Source of the DNA: Octopus vulgaris
Taxonomy: Eukaryota
Assembly (NCBI GenBank): GCA_951406725.2
Contig: OX597825.1
Span: 62,001 to 126,000 of the forward strand
Length of the DNA: 64,000 bases
Reading direction: 5' to 3'
The first letter of the stretch is position 1. Every line of letters begins with the position of its first letter. This document shows positions 11,880 through 23,849 of the stretch, one piece after another. The translations under genes and the position numbers were made by a program. The notes under the pieces were generated by a model. That model had not been told where the DNA came from, did not search any database, and saw only the letters and a list, made by a program, of their open reading frames with translations.

Positions 11880-12405
11880 CATCATTATTGTACAACCATG
11901 GTCGCGACAATGGAATTTACTATGTTATGTCAGACCTCACAGTCCATCATAGCATTACGGAGGTCCTATTGCTGGATGCCTGTATCCCTGGAGATTACAT
12001 CAGGGTATGAGAGTGTGCGCCCTCTGGTATCGCGAGCAGATGGTTTCCAGAGAAGAAGAGTAGAAATTACCTCGTTTTCAGCTCTACAACAATGTCCAGC
12101 AAACTGGACTCTTCTACCTTTAACAAGAGATGATACAGGTGGTAATTTCCCATATATTTGTACTTTGGTTGGATGACGCTTCAACGAGAGATTTTCAGCT
12201 CTCATAAGGAGGCGAGTGTAAGTTCCATCCAACTGCCTCTTAAGCTTCTTTGATAACGTCCAGGTTTCTGAGCCATTTAGTAGAATTGGTTCAACTGTGG
12301 CTTTGAAGATTTTAAGTTCGAAATCTCTACTTAGATTTGATGACCAGATATTATGCATATCATTACAGGCTGACCAGGCCATACCCTTTCTAGTTAGAAA
12401 ATCTT
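11880..12405 (-). mobile_element. RTE-group family 2 3' fragment
   Basis: FKATVEPILLNGSETWTL...RRVQFAGHC. Same family as 22055-22620. Confidence 0.75.
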
Positions 12406-12639
12406 GAAAATGACATGTTATACTACAAAGCTAGTATAACATGTCAGGACATATCAAGAAGCACAGACATGCTTTTGTGGTTGACTGTAAGCACATGAGA
12501 ATATTTGTATTTGAGAGCAAGGTTGTTGTTATATTTGCAGGCACAGAAACATAAAGACAAGGAGAAATCAAACATACACACACACTGGCTTCTCTAGTTT
12601 CTGTCTATCAATTTTACTCACGTGGTATTAGTGAATTTG

Positions 12640-13113
12640 CAGCTTTGCAAAGACCTGTTGGGGCAAGTGAAATCGAAATCGAAATTGAACCAAAACCTAT
12701 GACTGGCACCTGGCCGATGCCAGTGCCGCTGGACTGACTCCTGTGCAGGTGGCAAGTAAAGAAACACCGTTTCGACCCTGTGCTTGAGGAGACCTATTGA
12801 GTCAAGTACATCAACATCAAAAATCAATGGAAATTGTTGTTGTGATCCCTGTGCCAGCTGCACGTAAAAAGCACCATCCGAATATGGCCGATGCCAGCGC
12901 GGCCTTGACTGGCTTCTGTGCTGGTGACACCAGCATCGCCTGGCACGTAAAAAGCACCCACTACACTCACGGAGTGGTTGGCGTTAGGAAGGGCATCCAG
13001 GTGTAGATCAGACTGGAGCCTGGTGCAGCCTTCTGGCTTCCCAGACTCCAGTCGAACCGTCCAACCCATGCTAGCACGGAAAACGGACATTAAACGACGA
13101 TGATGATGATGAT
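12640..13113 (+). mobile_element. RTE family 1 3' end
   Basis: Signature units and a (GAT)n tail. Confidence 0.75.
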
Positions 13114-13227
13114 AGCATGGAAGGTTAGCCAACATTCATGAAAGTCGGAGTGAATTCCTGACTATGCAAATAACACTTCTTGAGGTATACCTTTTAATAT
13201 TACTGATGTCATGAAAGAAAGATATCC

Positions 13228-13627
13228 GATTTCTTTACTACCCACAAGGGGCTAAATACAGAGAGGACAAACAAACGGATTAAGTCGATTATATCGACCC
13301 CAGTGCGTAACTGGTACTTATTTAATCGACCCTGAAAGGATGGAAGGGAAAGTCGACCTCGTGGAATTTGAACTCAGAACATAACGGCAGATGAAATAAT
13401 TATCTCTTTACTACCCACAAGGGGCTAAACACAGAGAGGACAAACAAGGACAAATGGATTAAGTCGATTATATCAACCCCAGTGCATAACTGGTACTTAT
13501 TTAATTGACTCCGAAAGGATGAAAGGCATAGTCGACCTTGGGGGAATTTGAACTCAGAACGTAGCAGCAGACGAAATACGGCTACGCATTTCGCTCAGCG
13601 TGCTAACGTTTCTGCCAGCTCGCCACC
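13228..13627 (-). mobile_element. SINE family A dimer with TSD
   Basis: Two bodies with one head. Flanks atgaaagaaagatatcc on both sides. Confidence 0.8.
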
Positions 13628-14219
13628 ATGAAAGAAAGATATCCATTCTGCATATAGAATGAGACATGTAGGTATAGCTGTTTGGATGCTGCTGATTTGG
13701 CATGGGTGAATAGATGTTCAGCTGCTTTTGGTGACTGTATATTTTGATGCTAGAGGCATGTGTATGCAGAAATATACACAAAGAGAGACATTATACACAC
13801 ATACTAACATAACTCGTTGCTCGCAATTATAAACAGAGTGAGAGAGAGATTTTGAGGAATGAAGGTAGAGAGAGTAAGAGAAACGTTTGTTGACAAATAA
13901 GTCAAATGGTAGTATCAAAAGGGTTGTACCAAAACATTTTAGACCCTTCTAAATAGTGTGATCATGCAAGGAAACATTGAATATTATCATTACTGTTCAG
14001 GATTGGTGGAATCAGAGAGTCAAAGGAAATGTCTTGTAATGTTTGTTCTGGCTCTTTACATTCTGAGGCTGTACTCCACTGTAGTCAACTTTGCCGTTCA
14101 TCCTTCCAAAGTTGATAAAATAAAAGTATCACTGATGTATTGGAGTCAATGGTATTGACTATTCCCTCTCCTTTCAAAATTGCTGGCCTTGTGCCTTAAT
14201 CAGAAAGCATTATAATAAA

Positions 14220-14840
14220 AATAATAATAATGAAATTTTATTGTATACAGTGCTCAGGTGCACCACAACTTGTCAAAAGTGCGTATAAAGCATATGCAGT
14301 AGTGTACAAATGTCTGGAAAGGGAACAGTGTATGAGTCAGATACATGCTTGCGTGTGTATGGAGGGGAGAAAATCAGGTGTAGTGTTGGTGAATCTCAGG
14401 AAGCATGGAAGTTTTGAAGGATGCAGTGCTCCGACAACTACCAACTGATGCCGGCAGTTTGTTCCATGCTTCAGCAACTCTTAGTGTGAAAACATGTTTC
14501 CAAAAGTCATGGGAGCTATGCTGTTTTCTGACTTTGTAAACATGTCCACGGGTGTTAGACAGATGGAGTTTGAAAAGGTGCTCAGAGTTATTGTTTGTAA
14601 GATGGTTAATAATTTTATGGTTGCACGTCGCTGAACGGCTTCCAGACGATTAATATCCTGGGCAAGATAGGGGTTCCAGACCGGTGATGCCACACCATAG
14701 CTATATAAAGCCGCAGATAGATAGTCGGAGAGCGGCTTACAAAGGACTTGGTGGGTGATGCCAAGACACCCTCAGCCTTCTTGGCGATTTTAGTAATGTG
14801 TCTTGTCCAACGCAAATCGCTGTCAACAATAATGCCCAGA
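14220..14840 (-). mobile_element. CR1-group LINE 3' fragment
   Basis: SPVWNPYLAQDINRLEAVQRRAT and an (ATT)n tail. Confidence 0.8.
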
Positions 14841-15050
14841 GGAGAGATAGAAACAAGCACTGAAGCAAAGTTAGACCCCACAAACTGTGTGGGCAAAGCT
14901 GCCTAGTCACAGGACTCTGGATAGAGTGTGAGATTGACCAAGCACTCAAGTTCCCTGAAGATTAGGTTGTCAAAGCATTGGAGAGATGATGAGAATCTTT
15001 AAGAGAAACTTTCAGAAAATACAGAAAAACTCATGAATAGACAAGTAATT

Positions 15051-15372
15051 CATCATCATCATCGTTTAACGTCCGCTTTCCATGCTAGCATGGGTTGGAC
15101 GATTTTGACTGAGGACTGGCGAACCAGATGACTGCACCAGGCTCCAACCTTGATCTGGCAGAGTTTCTACAGCTGGATGCCCTTCCTAACGCCAACCACT
15201 CCGAGAGTGTAGTGGGTGCTTTTTATGTGCCACTGGTACAGGGCCAGTCAGGCGGTACTGGCAATAACCTCGCTTGAATCTTTTTACACATGCCAGTAAG
15301 GCAATGCTGGTAAAGATCATGCTCAAATGGTGCCCTTCTTTGTGCCACTGGCATGGAAGCCGGTTAGCCGCT
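15051..15372 (-). mobile_element. RTE family 1 3' end
   Basis: Signature sequence. Confidence 0.75.
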
Positions 15373-15379
15373 AAAACAA

Positions 15380-16098
15380 TCTTGGTGGGTCTCAATTGCT
15401 CAAGGCTAGCTATCTTTGACCAAAAGATGGACTCAAAAGTTCAATCAATCATTTGGGATCCAAGGGAGCACCATGTTGATGAGGGAGGGAACATGATAGA
15501 GGCCAAAGTAAATTATTGGGTATTGTAATGGGCTAAATAAATAATTGTGCCCTGTAGTAAGCTAAACAAATGATTGGTACATGTAGTGGGTAAAGTAAAA
15601 TGTTGGGCCAGAGCTTGCATTTGGTACTGTTGACATTAAGGCCCATATGACCGAGTTCCTCAATCATGGTCCTTACAGTTACAAGGGTCTCATCAAGAGC
15701 CCCACCCCCAAGCAAGCATCTTCGAGATACCAGACCTTCAAGTCCAGGTCAGCTTCCCTCTTGGTAGCATCATCAATACTCAGTATAAATAGAGCAGGTC
15801 ACCCGGTTGGACTCCAGAGGATGAGATGGTCAATAAAGGAGTGGTAGGAGGGTTCCCTGATAGGCTTGCCAAGCAAAGTGGAAGGAACTGTGGAGCATTC
15901 TCCTTTACTACATGAAGGATGACATTCTGACTGATGGAATTGAAGGCATTCCTGATATCTAGTTTGAGGATGACCTTTGGAGTCTCAGAAGGTAAGTTGG
16001 TGAAAAGCTCTCATGGCATGAGCATCAACCTAGCTTTGTACCCACCCCTCACTGAATAGGGGAAAATACAGCGGATAGGTAGTTTGAAACCGACCCCA
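15380..16098 (-). mobile_element. CRE-clade-like RT relic
   Basis: Minus-strand reading gives KVILKLDIRNAFNSI and LGG...EELGHMGLNVNSTKCKLW, which are RT motifs typical of CRE/REL-type elements. Degenerate. Confidence 0.5.
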
Positions 16099-16099
16099 T

Positions 16100-16468
16100 T
16101 ATCATCATCATCATCGTTTAAACGTCCGTTTTCCATACTAGTATGGGTTGGACGGTTCGACCGGGGTCTGGGAAGCCAGAAGGCTGCACCAGGCTCCAGT
16201 CTGATCTGGCAGAGTTTCTACAGCTGGATGCCCTTCCTAACGCCAACCACTCCGTGAGTGTAGTGGGTGCTTTTTACGTGCCACTGGCACAGGTGCCAGG
16301 CGGGGCTGGCAACGGCCACAATTGGTTGGTGCTTTTTACGTGCCACCGGCACGGAGGCCAGTCGAGGTGGCGCTGGCAACGGCCACGTTCGGATGGTGCT
16401 TTTACATGCCACCGGCACTGGTATTACAACTGCAATTTCCAATGACTTTTTGATCGATTTCGATTTCT
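16100..16468 (-). mobile_element. RTE family 1 3' end
   Basis: Signature sequence. Confidence 0.75.
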
Positions 16469-16949
16469 TTTTTTAAAATCAGTTTAAAATACTGACAGTC
16501 CGAATTTTTGGTTTAAATCTCAGCAATGGACAGTTAAATGTGTTTATGGGGAGAAAAATATTGAAACACATCAATACGTGTAACAAAGAAACGCGGAAGG
16601 TGTCAGGTGGTCGTGGATGTACTTAAAAATAACAGCTCAATAGACCTTAAATCACACACTTTTTTTTTCTTCATAATTGTATGAATTCCAGTGAGTAGAT
16701 TTTTTTAACCCATGCTAGCATGGAAAGCGGACGCTAAACGATGATGATGATGATGACTGAGAGAGAGAGAAAGATAGCGTAAATTTTATTTATTTACTTT
16801 TTCTCGCTTCTTTTTTTTTAGTGTGTGTTTGACTGAGAGAGAGACATCACACCCTCTCTCTCTTTCTCATTTAATCACTCTCTCTCTCTTTCTCAATCAA
16901 TCACTCTCTCAAAAAAGATGCGAGGAAAAATAAAATTTTAAAATGTACG

Positions 16950-17125
16950 CTGTCACTCTCTCCCTCACACACAAACACATACCTTCACTCTCTCCCTCCC
17001 TCACACACACATCAACACATACCTTCTCTCTCTCGCTCTGTCTTACATACACACACATACCTTCTCTCTCTCTCCCTCACACACACAAATACCTTCTCTC
17101 TCTCTCTCACACACACACACTTTCT
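16950..17125. repeat. Compound (CT)n/(CA)n low-complexity tract
   Basis: Alternating ctctct and cacaca runs. Confidence 0.8.
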
Positions 17126-17399
17126 ATTTCGCACTCCACCATCAACATATACAGACTTTTCCCCGTCATTTTCTCTCACTTTCACTTTATGCTGACATCA
17201 AACGAAATGCACATTTCCAGTTCAAAAACAAATAAAGATTTCTTACTCAAAAATAAATAAAGAATTTACCCAACGCCATACCTTAACAGCTGATAGAGAT
17301 CATTGACAACTCTGACTCAAAACGAAGGCTAGCCAAAGTTATGACGGGTGGAGGTTCAACGAAAACCAGCTTACTAAACTGTTTAAAAAGACTTTCAGG

Positions 17400-17960
17400 A
17401 CGGGGTATTTGGGTAATTTCCAAAGATCCCTGAACTGGCAGTGTTATAGGAATGCTTTACCTGTTCGCGAGAAGTTATCACGGCATGGAATGTCAGTGCC
17501 ACCGATATGTCCAAGATGCGGGCTGGACGATGAAACCGTCCAGCACGCTTTTCTTACATAGTCGGCAGCCGTCAGGCTTGATAAGTTACGCAGAACACGT
17601 GTTATCGCATCTGGGACGAGTACAGCTGTCGGCTGAGTCTATGATTAAGATGATATCGCCAACTGGATTCTCGAAGGAAGATGAGGCATGTTTTTACTGC
17701 ACGGTAGCAGAAGTGAAAGAATGCGTGTAGCATACAAGAATGGAAGGAGCCGCAACAGGATCTTTTGTCTCAGGCCTCGGCTTGCTCGCTTACTTCAGAT
17801 ATCATCTAAAGAGCAAGATGGGGCTGGAAAAGAAGACCTTACCACGAGGAGTGTATGAAAAAAGATGGAAGAAGTAGCGAAAAAGGTGGGTGTCAGAAAC
17901 CCAGTTTGATCAAGGAAAGCTGCGGGGCCTTATACGCTGCTGGAGTAAAAAAAATATATC
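17400..17960 (+). mobile_element. Tx1-like LINE 3' relic
   Basis: SLNWQCYRNALPVREKLSRHG...CPRCGLDDETVQH and VQLSAESMIKM parallel the ORF2 C-terminus at about 42520-43015. Confidence 0.75.
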
Positions 17961-18329
17961 TGTAAATTTTCAATCTAACTTAATGTAAATAAATTTAGTT
18001 AATGTAAAGGACAATTTAAATCAAGTTTTGTTTATAATGCATAATTCATATATTTTGAAAATTTTTAAACGAACCACTTAACTGTTTTTTGTATGTTCTG
18101 TATTGTTCTATGCTGTGATTTTATAATCGTAATGAAGATTCATACTTAAACTAGAAGTCCGCCTGTTTTCGTAAACGATTAGGACGGAAGAGGCATGCTT
18201 TGAAGACGCTTTGGCGGGCTTTTAACTGGTATAATCTGCCAGGTTGAACGACGGCATCTTAATTGGTTCTGGGTTTTCTTTCAAACAACACTAGTTTATT
18301 CAACAGGTCGATAACTAGGGTTTGATGTG

Positions 18330-18605
18330 TAGCATGTCTGATATCCTCACTGTTTGAGAGACACAATAAGAATGATCTCGTTTGAGATTACAACCATCTT
18401 TGGCTAGTTTCACCCTGTTGTGTCCACTACTCTGATTGGTTGGCATTTGGCATGGTTTATCTCTCTACTTACTTCGCGTCACTGTGTAAAGCCAACCAAT
18501 CAGAATAGTGGACACAACAGGGTGAAACTAGCCAAAAATGGTTGTAATCTCAAACGAAAACATTCTTATTGTGTCTCTCAAACAGTGAGGATATCAGATA
18601 TGCTA
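18330..18605. mobile_element. Palindromic MITE (about 115-bp inverted arms)
   Basis: tagcatgtctgatatcctcactgtttgagagacac... versus ...gtgtctctcaaacagtgaggatatcagatatgcta. Partial copy at about 2920-3068. Confidence 0.75.
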
Positions 18606-19154
18606 AAGATATATGCAACATGAGGCGGAAGTAATGAATACGTACACCACCCGTTTTCGGCATAAAAACCCTCGAAAAGATCCAAATTTCCAAAGACAGA
18701 AAATATTTAGACACAAACGTGTGTCTCAGAAAGACATTCTCAAACACAAACGCATGCTACCACACTGAATTACAGAGCGGATTCATGAAAAAAGATCAAA
18801 TTTTCACACAGTAATCAATGATATGCTGTTAAAATTGTAGATTGTCTTCAAAACAAATATTTTAAAGCTTCACAAACGTAGATTACACATCTAGTTTTAC
18901 ACCAATTACACTATTTTTTTCCGGCCCGGGTCAAACACTATAGTTTAAAGGCCATGGACTGAAGATGTGGATTTTCCGGGGCCTCTCCCCCACCACCCCC
19001 TTTAGCGAGTGCGCATTTTTTTTTTACATATATTACACTTTTTTTTTTTTTCCGGCTCGGGTCAAACGCTTTAGTTTGACCCTAATTTCTGATACTGTTG
19101 TATAGGGTTAATTTTGAAGTGGTGAACTAGAAAAGAAAGTAAATGTATACAAAC

Positions 19155-20077
19155 TTGTATTGCGGATTCAAAGTGGCGGTCTTTATGTTCGGGTCAGCGT
19201 ATTGCTTCTCTATTTGTTCGTTGACCACTTCTGGGAAGTTAAGCCATTGTTTTACATAGTAGCACCACATATAAGGATGTTTAGAGTGAATAAACTTACA
19301 ATTTGGACGTGAACAGTTCCCCTTTAAGAAGTAACGACAAAATTCAGACGTTTTGGGTTTAGGCTTGGACTTTGATGGCACAGAAGACGGGGCTTGTACT
19401 TCAAATTTCAATTCGGTGACATTTCTTATCAAATCAATTATTGATTCATCCTCTAAATTTGTATCGAATCCAAATTTCTCCAAAACGGTCGTCACTTGTT
19501 CGTCAATATCGTGATTTTTATTACAATTTCTCCCTCGACACTTGAAATCTAAAAACTTTTTACAAATGTGAATGCAGTGACAGTCCACAGATTTTCGACA
19601 TCCATCATCATTGTTGTGATAATTACACAACATGGGTGTGGTTTCCGATGTACGATTACAGCGAATTTGTAATAAACCTCGTACTTCCTCAAGACTTAAT
19701 TTACTAAGTCCATGTTCTTTTAATATTTTCCTGTTATGTTGGCTCTCAAAGTTGTGACCAAATATACAATCCTTACTGCGCTTGCAGTTATTACTTAACA
19801 GATAAAACTTACAAAGGTGCAATGATGTACAATTGTTATCGTGGGTTTCTGGGCGGCCACAAATTTGCAGAGAAGTTTTAGGGTAAATAATATTGCCCTG
19901 TTGGTGGAAGCGATCTGAAGTATTAATTACACGCTTGACGTGTGATAAATTCAAATGCAGATCGTTGCTGCTGTGAGATAATTTATCAACAATACAATGT
20001 ATGTTCTGGCCGTTGGATCCTTCTCTACATAGAAATTTGAAAATAGGCAACGTAAGATCACGAGGTGCACACGCCAT
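19155..20077 (-). CDS. ZAP (ZC3HAV1)/PARP12-like CCCH zinc-finger WWE protein, large 5' coding exon
   Basis: ORF 19127-20083 has clustered CCCH fingers (IC..CTSLHLCKFYL..C..CIFGH; LCNYHN..C..CHCIHICKKF..C..CNKNH) and a fifth finger EFCRYFLKGNCSRPNCKFIH followed by PYMW...EQIEKQYADP (WWE start). ATG in AAGATGG context. Donor AA|GTTTGT. Confidence 0.88.
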
Positions 20078-20259
20078 CTTCACTTTAGCGCAATTAAAAT
20101 GAAAGTATTATTTAGCGATGACGCAAATAAAGTGATAGGAAAAGAATGTCAGACAAAAATAACGTTGTTTTGACTAAGAAAACAGGGTGCAATAAAAATC
20201 TCAATTTTGGTTAGAAAAGGAAGTAACACACACACAAAAAAAAAAGCAAAACATTTTTT

Positions 20260-20363
20260 GGATCTTTTCACTTTGACCGGCAGGTTTTTAAAATAATTTC
20301 TTTGTAACTAAACATTTTAAAACTTCGTATACTAGTAGAATGCCGGTCAAAGTGAAAAGATCC
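20260..20363. mobile_element. Small MITE with about 23-bp TIRs
   Basis: ggatcttttcactttgaccggca ... tgccggtcaaagtgaaaagatcc. The interior resembles 34100-34190. Confidence 0.6.
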
Positions 20364-20774
20364 CATTTTTTCTTTCGAGAGTTAATGATGTAAAAGAGTT
20401 GACAATACTTTCAGAATGCAAGAGGACTAATGGTTCAACTAATGAGTTTTTCAGACGATGTAGAACTTGCTACCATTATACACTAGGAAGATATTTTAAC
20501 TTTTTTTTTTGTTTTTATGTGTGCATGGTAGTCTCATTTTCATAAACTGTGTTCAGCAGTCCATGCTATGTAGATGCAAATCCCAGTGATTTATGGGATA
20601 AAAGCATGTGTATTGTAGGAAGAAAACATTGAAAATAGCTTAGACTTATTTAATTAAAAACTACATAAAAAATAATGCTAATTATGTTGTTAAAAAAGAG
20701 TTTCAAAAAAGTAACTCTCAGAAAACAGATGATAATTTGAAAGTCTCCATAATATCCTATAACCATAGATTTAG

Positions 20775-21830
20775 AATTGTGATTGCTGTGCCGGTAGCAC
20801 GTAAAAAGCACCATCCAAACATGGCCGATGCCAGCGCCGCCTTGACTGGTTTCCGTGCCGGTGACACGTAAAAAGCACCAACTGATCGTAGCCGCTGCCA
20901 GCCTCCCCTGGCACGTAAAAAGCACCTACTACACTCACAGAGTGGTTGGCGTTAGGAAGGGCATCAAGCTATAGAAACACTGCCAGATCAGACTAGTGCA
21001 GCCTCCTGGCTTCCCAGACCTCGGTTGAACCGTCCAACCCATGCTAACATGGAAAGCGGACATTAAACAATGATGATGATGATGAAGCATGGATCATGAC
21101 ACTGATACATCTGCAGCATATGAAAGATACCAGTAACTATCTTGCCCCATGAAACCAACAACATAATTAGGATAGCTAATGAACTTGAGGAAGGGTATGA
21201 AATAAGAACTGATAGAGATCTTTCCCCAAGGAGCATTGGTGAAATCTATTGATGGTCACTAAACTCTGCTTGCGAAGACCTGTTGAGGCAAGTGAAATCA
21301 AAATCAAATTCGATGACTGGCATCCGTGCTAGCAGGGTGCAAAGAGTACCATACGAGTGTGATCATTTGACAGAGTGGCTAACCAGCTTCTGTGCCAGTG
21401 GCATGTAAAAGGCACCATTCGACTGTGATCGTTACCAGTGTCACCTTACTGGCACTTGAGCCTCGTGCTAGTAGGGTGCCAAGAGCACCTTCCGAGCGTG
21501 AACTGGCTTCCATGCCAGTGGCACATAAAAGGGCAGCATTCGAGCGTGATTGTTACCAACGTTGCCTTACTGGTACCTGTGCCAGTGGCATGTATAAAAA
21601 GATTTGAGCAAGGTCATTGCCAGTACCGCCTGACTGGCCCCCGTGCCGGTGGCATGTAAAATGCACCCACTACACTCTCGGAGTGGTTGGCATTAGGAAG
21701 GACATCCAGCTGTAGAAACTCTGCCGAATCAAGATTGGAGCCTGGTGCAGCCATCTGGTTCGCCAGCCCTCAGTCAAAATCGTCCAACTCATGCTAGCAT
21801 GGAAAGTGGACGTTAAACGATGATGATGAA
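20775..21830 (+). mobile_element. Two RTE family 1 3' ends (20775-21084 and 21253-21830)
   Basis: Signature sequence. The second copy is flanked by a 75-bp direct repeat. Confidence 0.8.
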
Positions 21831-22054
21831 TGAATGAACTTGAGGAAGGGTATGAAATAAGAGCTGATACAGATCTTTCCCCAAGGAGCATTGGTGAAAT
21901 CTATTGAAAAAAAAATGAAGCAGCTCACTGAGAAGATAGTATGCGGGTACTTGGCACATAAAACACAAACTGGAAAGAAACCTAGATAGAATTTAGATGA
22001 AACTTCTGAGAGTAGTACTTAGCATCAAATGGCATCCCCATACAACACACCAAT

Positions 22055-22622
22055 ATGCTCTTAAATATGGTTTCTGATTACAAATATCTTGGGTCATACA
22101 TATCATCATCTGAAAAAGATTTTCTAACTAGAAAGGCCTGGTCGGCCTGTAATGATATGCATAATATCTGGTCATCAAATCTAAGTAGAGATTTCAAACT
22201 TAAAATCTTCAAAGCTACAGTCGAACCAATTCTACTATATGGCTCAGAAACCTGGACGTTATCAAAGAAGCTTGAGAGGTGGTTGGATGGAACTTACACT
22301 CGCCTCCTTATAACAGCTCAAAATCTCTCGTGGAAGCGTCATCCAACCAAAGTACAAATATATGGGAAATTACCACCTGTATCATCTCTTGTGAAAGGTA
22401 GAAGAGTCCAGTTTGCTGGACATTGTTGTAGAGCTGAAAACGAGGTAATTTCTACTCTTCTCCTCTGGAAGCCATCTGCTCACGATACCAGAGGGCACAC
22501 ACTCTCCTACCCTGATACAGGCATCCAGCAACAGGATCTCTGTAATACTATGATGGACCGTGAGGTCTGGTGCAACATAGTAAATTCCATTGTCGCGACC
22601 ATGGTCGAACAATGATGATGAT
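22055..22622 (+). mobile_element. RTE-group family 2 3' fragment
   Basis: YKYLGS...ILLYGSETWTL...RRVQFAGHC and a (TGA)n tail. Confidence 0.8.
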
Positions 22623-22779
22623 CTTTATGATAAATCTTTGAAGAGTTACCACCACTATGAAGGCAAAAAGACTGGGATTTTGTGGATACCGCTTTTGTAG
22701 CATGGATGAAATACTGAGTCAAGTCCTGATATGGGAAACAAAACATGAACAGCAACCAAGAAGTTATTCAACAAAGTTG

Positions 22780-22993
22780 CGGCGGGCTAGCAGAAACGTT
22801 AGTGCGCCGGGCAAAATGCTTAGCGGTATTTCGTCTGTCGTTACATTCTGAGTTCAAATTCTGCCCAGGTCGACTTTGCCTTTCATCCTTTCAGGGTCGA
22901 TAAATAAAGTACCAGTTTCGCACTGGGATCGATGTAATTGACTTAATCCCTTTGTCTGTCCTTGTTTGTCCCCTTGTGGGCAGTAAAGAAATA
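22780..22993 (+). mobile_element. SINE family A
   Basis: Head, body and tail signature. Confidence 0.8.
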
Positions 22994-23308
22994 TATTTAT
23001 TGACCAACAGGTTTAAGACCCTGGTCTATTGAAGAGTGACTTACAAAGAGCAATGCAAGAGAAGGAATTCTGAAGGCAAGTGGTTGATGGTGTTTATCTG
23101 TACATGATGTGGTTGATAGCTAACACTGGCTCCATTTGAAATCAGAGTGCAAAGATGACAACAACTGGTAATCTCATTATATTAAATATAAAGAGGTTTT
23201 TTTTCTAGCATTCACTTGTATCACATTCTTTGCTATAACTTATCTGTCAAAAACTTCCAAAAGCATTTCTTTTCCTAGATCTTCCAGGTCATTTGAGAGA
23301 TTTATTTA

Positions 23309-23843
23309 TAGATGTTTTCGATCTAATTTGGATTCTTTGCAATCAAATTTGAATTTTTTAATTGGTGCTCAAGCCTTGAAAAAAAAAAAGAGTTAAACTA
23401 CATCAGCCGTAAAGGAATACATGTCTATCTTATCTAACTCGTCCAGTAGAGCCCACCAATTGATATCTGAAAAGTTCGATGAAATAACTCATGAACACTG
23501 CGATAGCTTCTACCAAAAGATGTTCTGTTACACAACGACCGGTCTGAACAAGGGGAGATAATAGGAAAAGAATCATTCGTATATTATCTCCCCTTGTTCA
23601 GACCGGTCGACGACGTAAATATGTTGAAGCATCCTTTGGTAGAAGCTATCGCAGTGTTCACGAGTTATTTCATCGAACTTTTCAGATATCAATTGGTAGG
23701 CTCTACTGGACGAGTTAGATAAGATAGACATGTATTCCTTTACGGCTGATGTAGTTTAACTCTTTTTTTTTTTCAAGGCTTGAGCACCAATTGAAAAATT
23801 CAAATTTGATTACAAAGAATCCAAACTAGATCGAAAACATCTA
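23309..23843. mobile_element. Foldback-type MITE (about 255-bp inverted arms, TA-flanked)
   Basis: ta gatgttttcgatcta...aggggagataata / tattatctcccctt...tagatcgaaaacatc ta. Further copies at about 56873-57372 and 59150-59650. Confidence 0.85.
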
Positions 23844-23849
23844 TAATAA

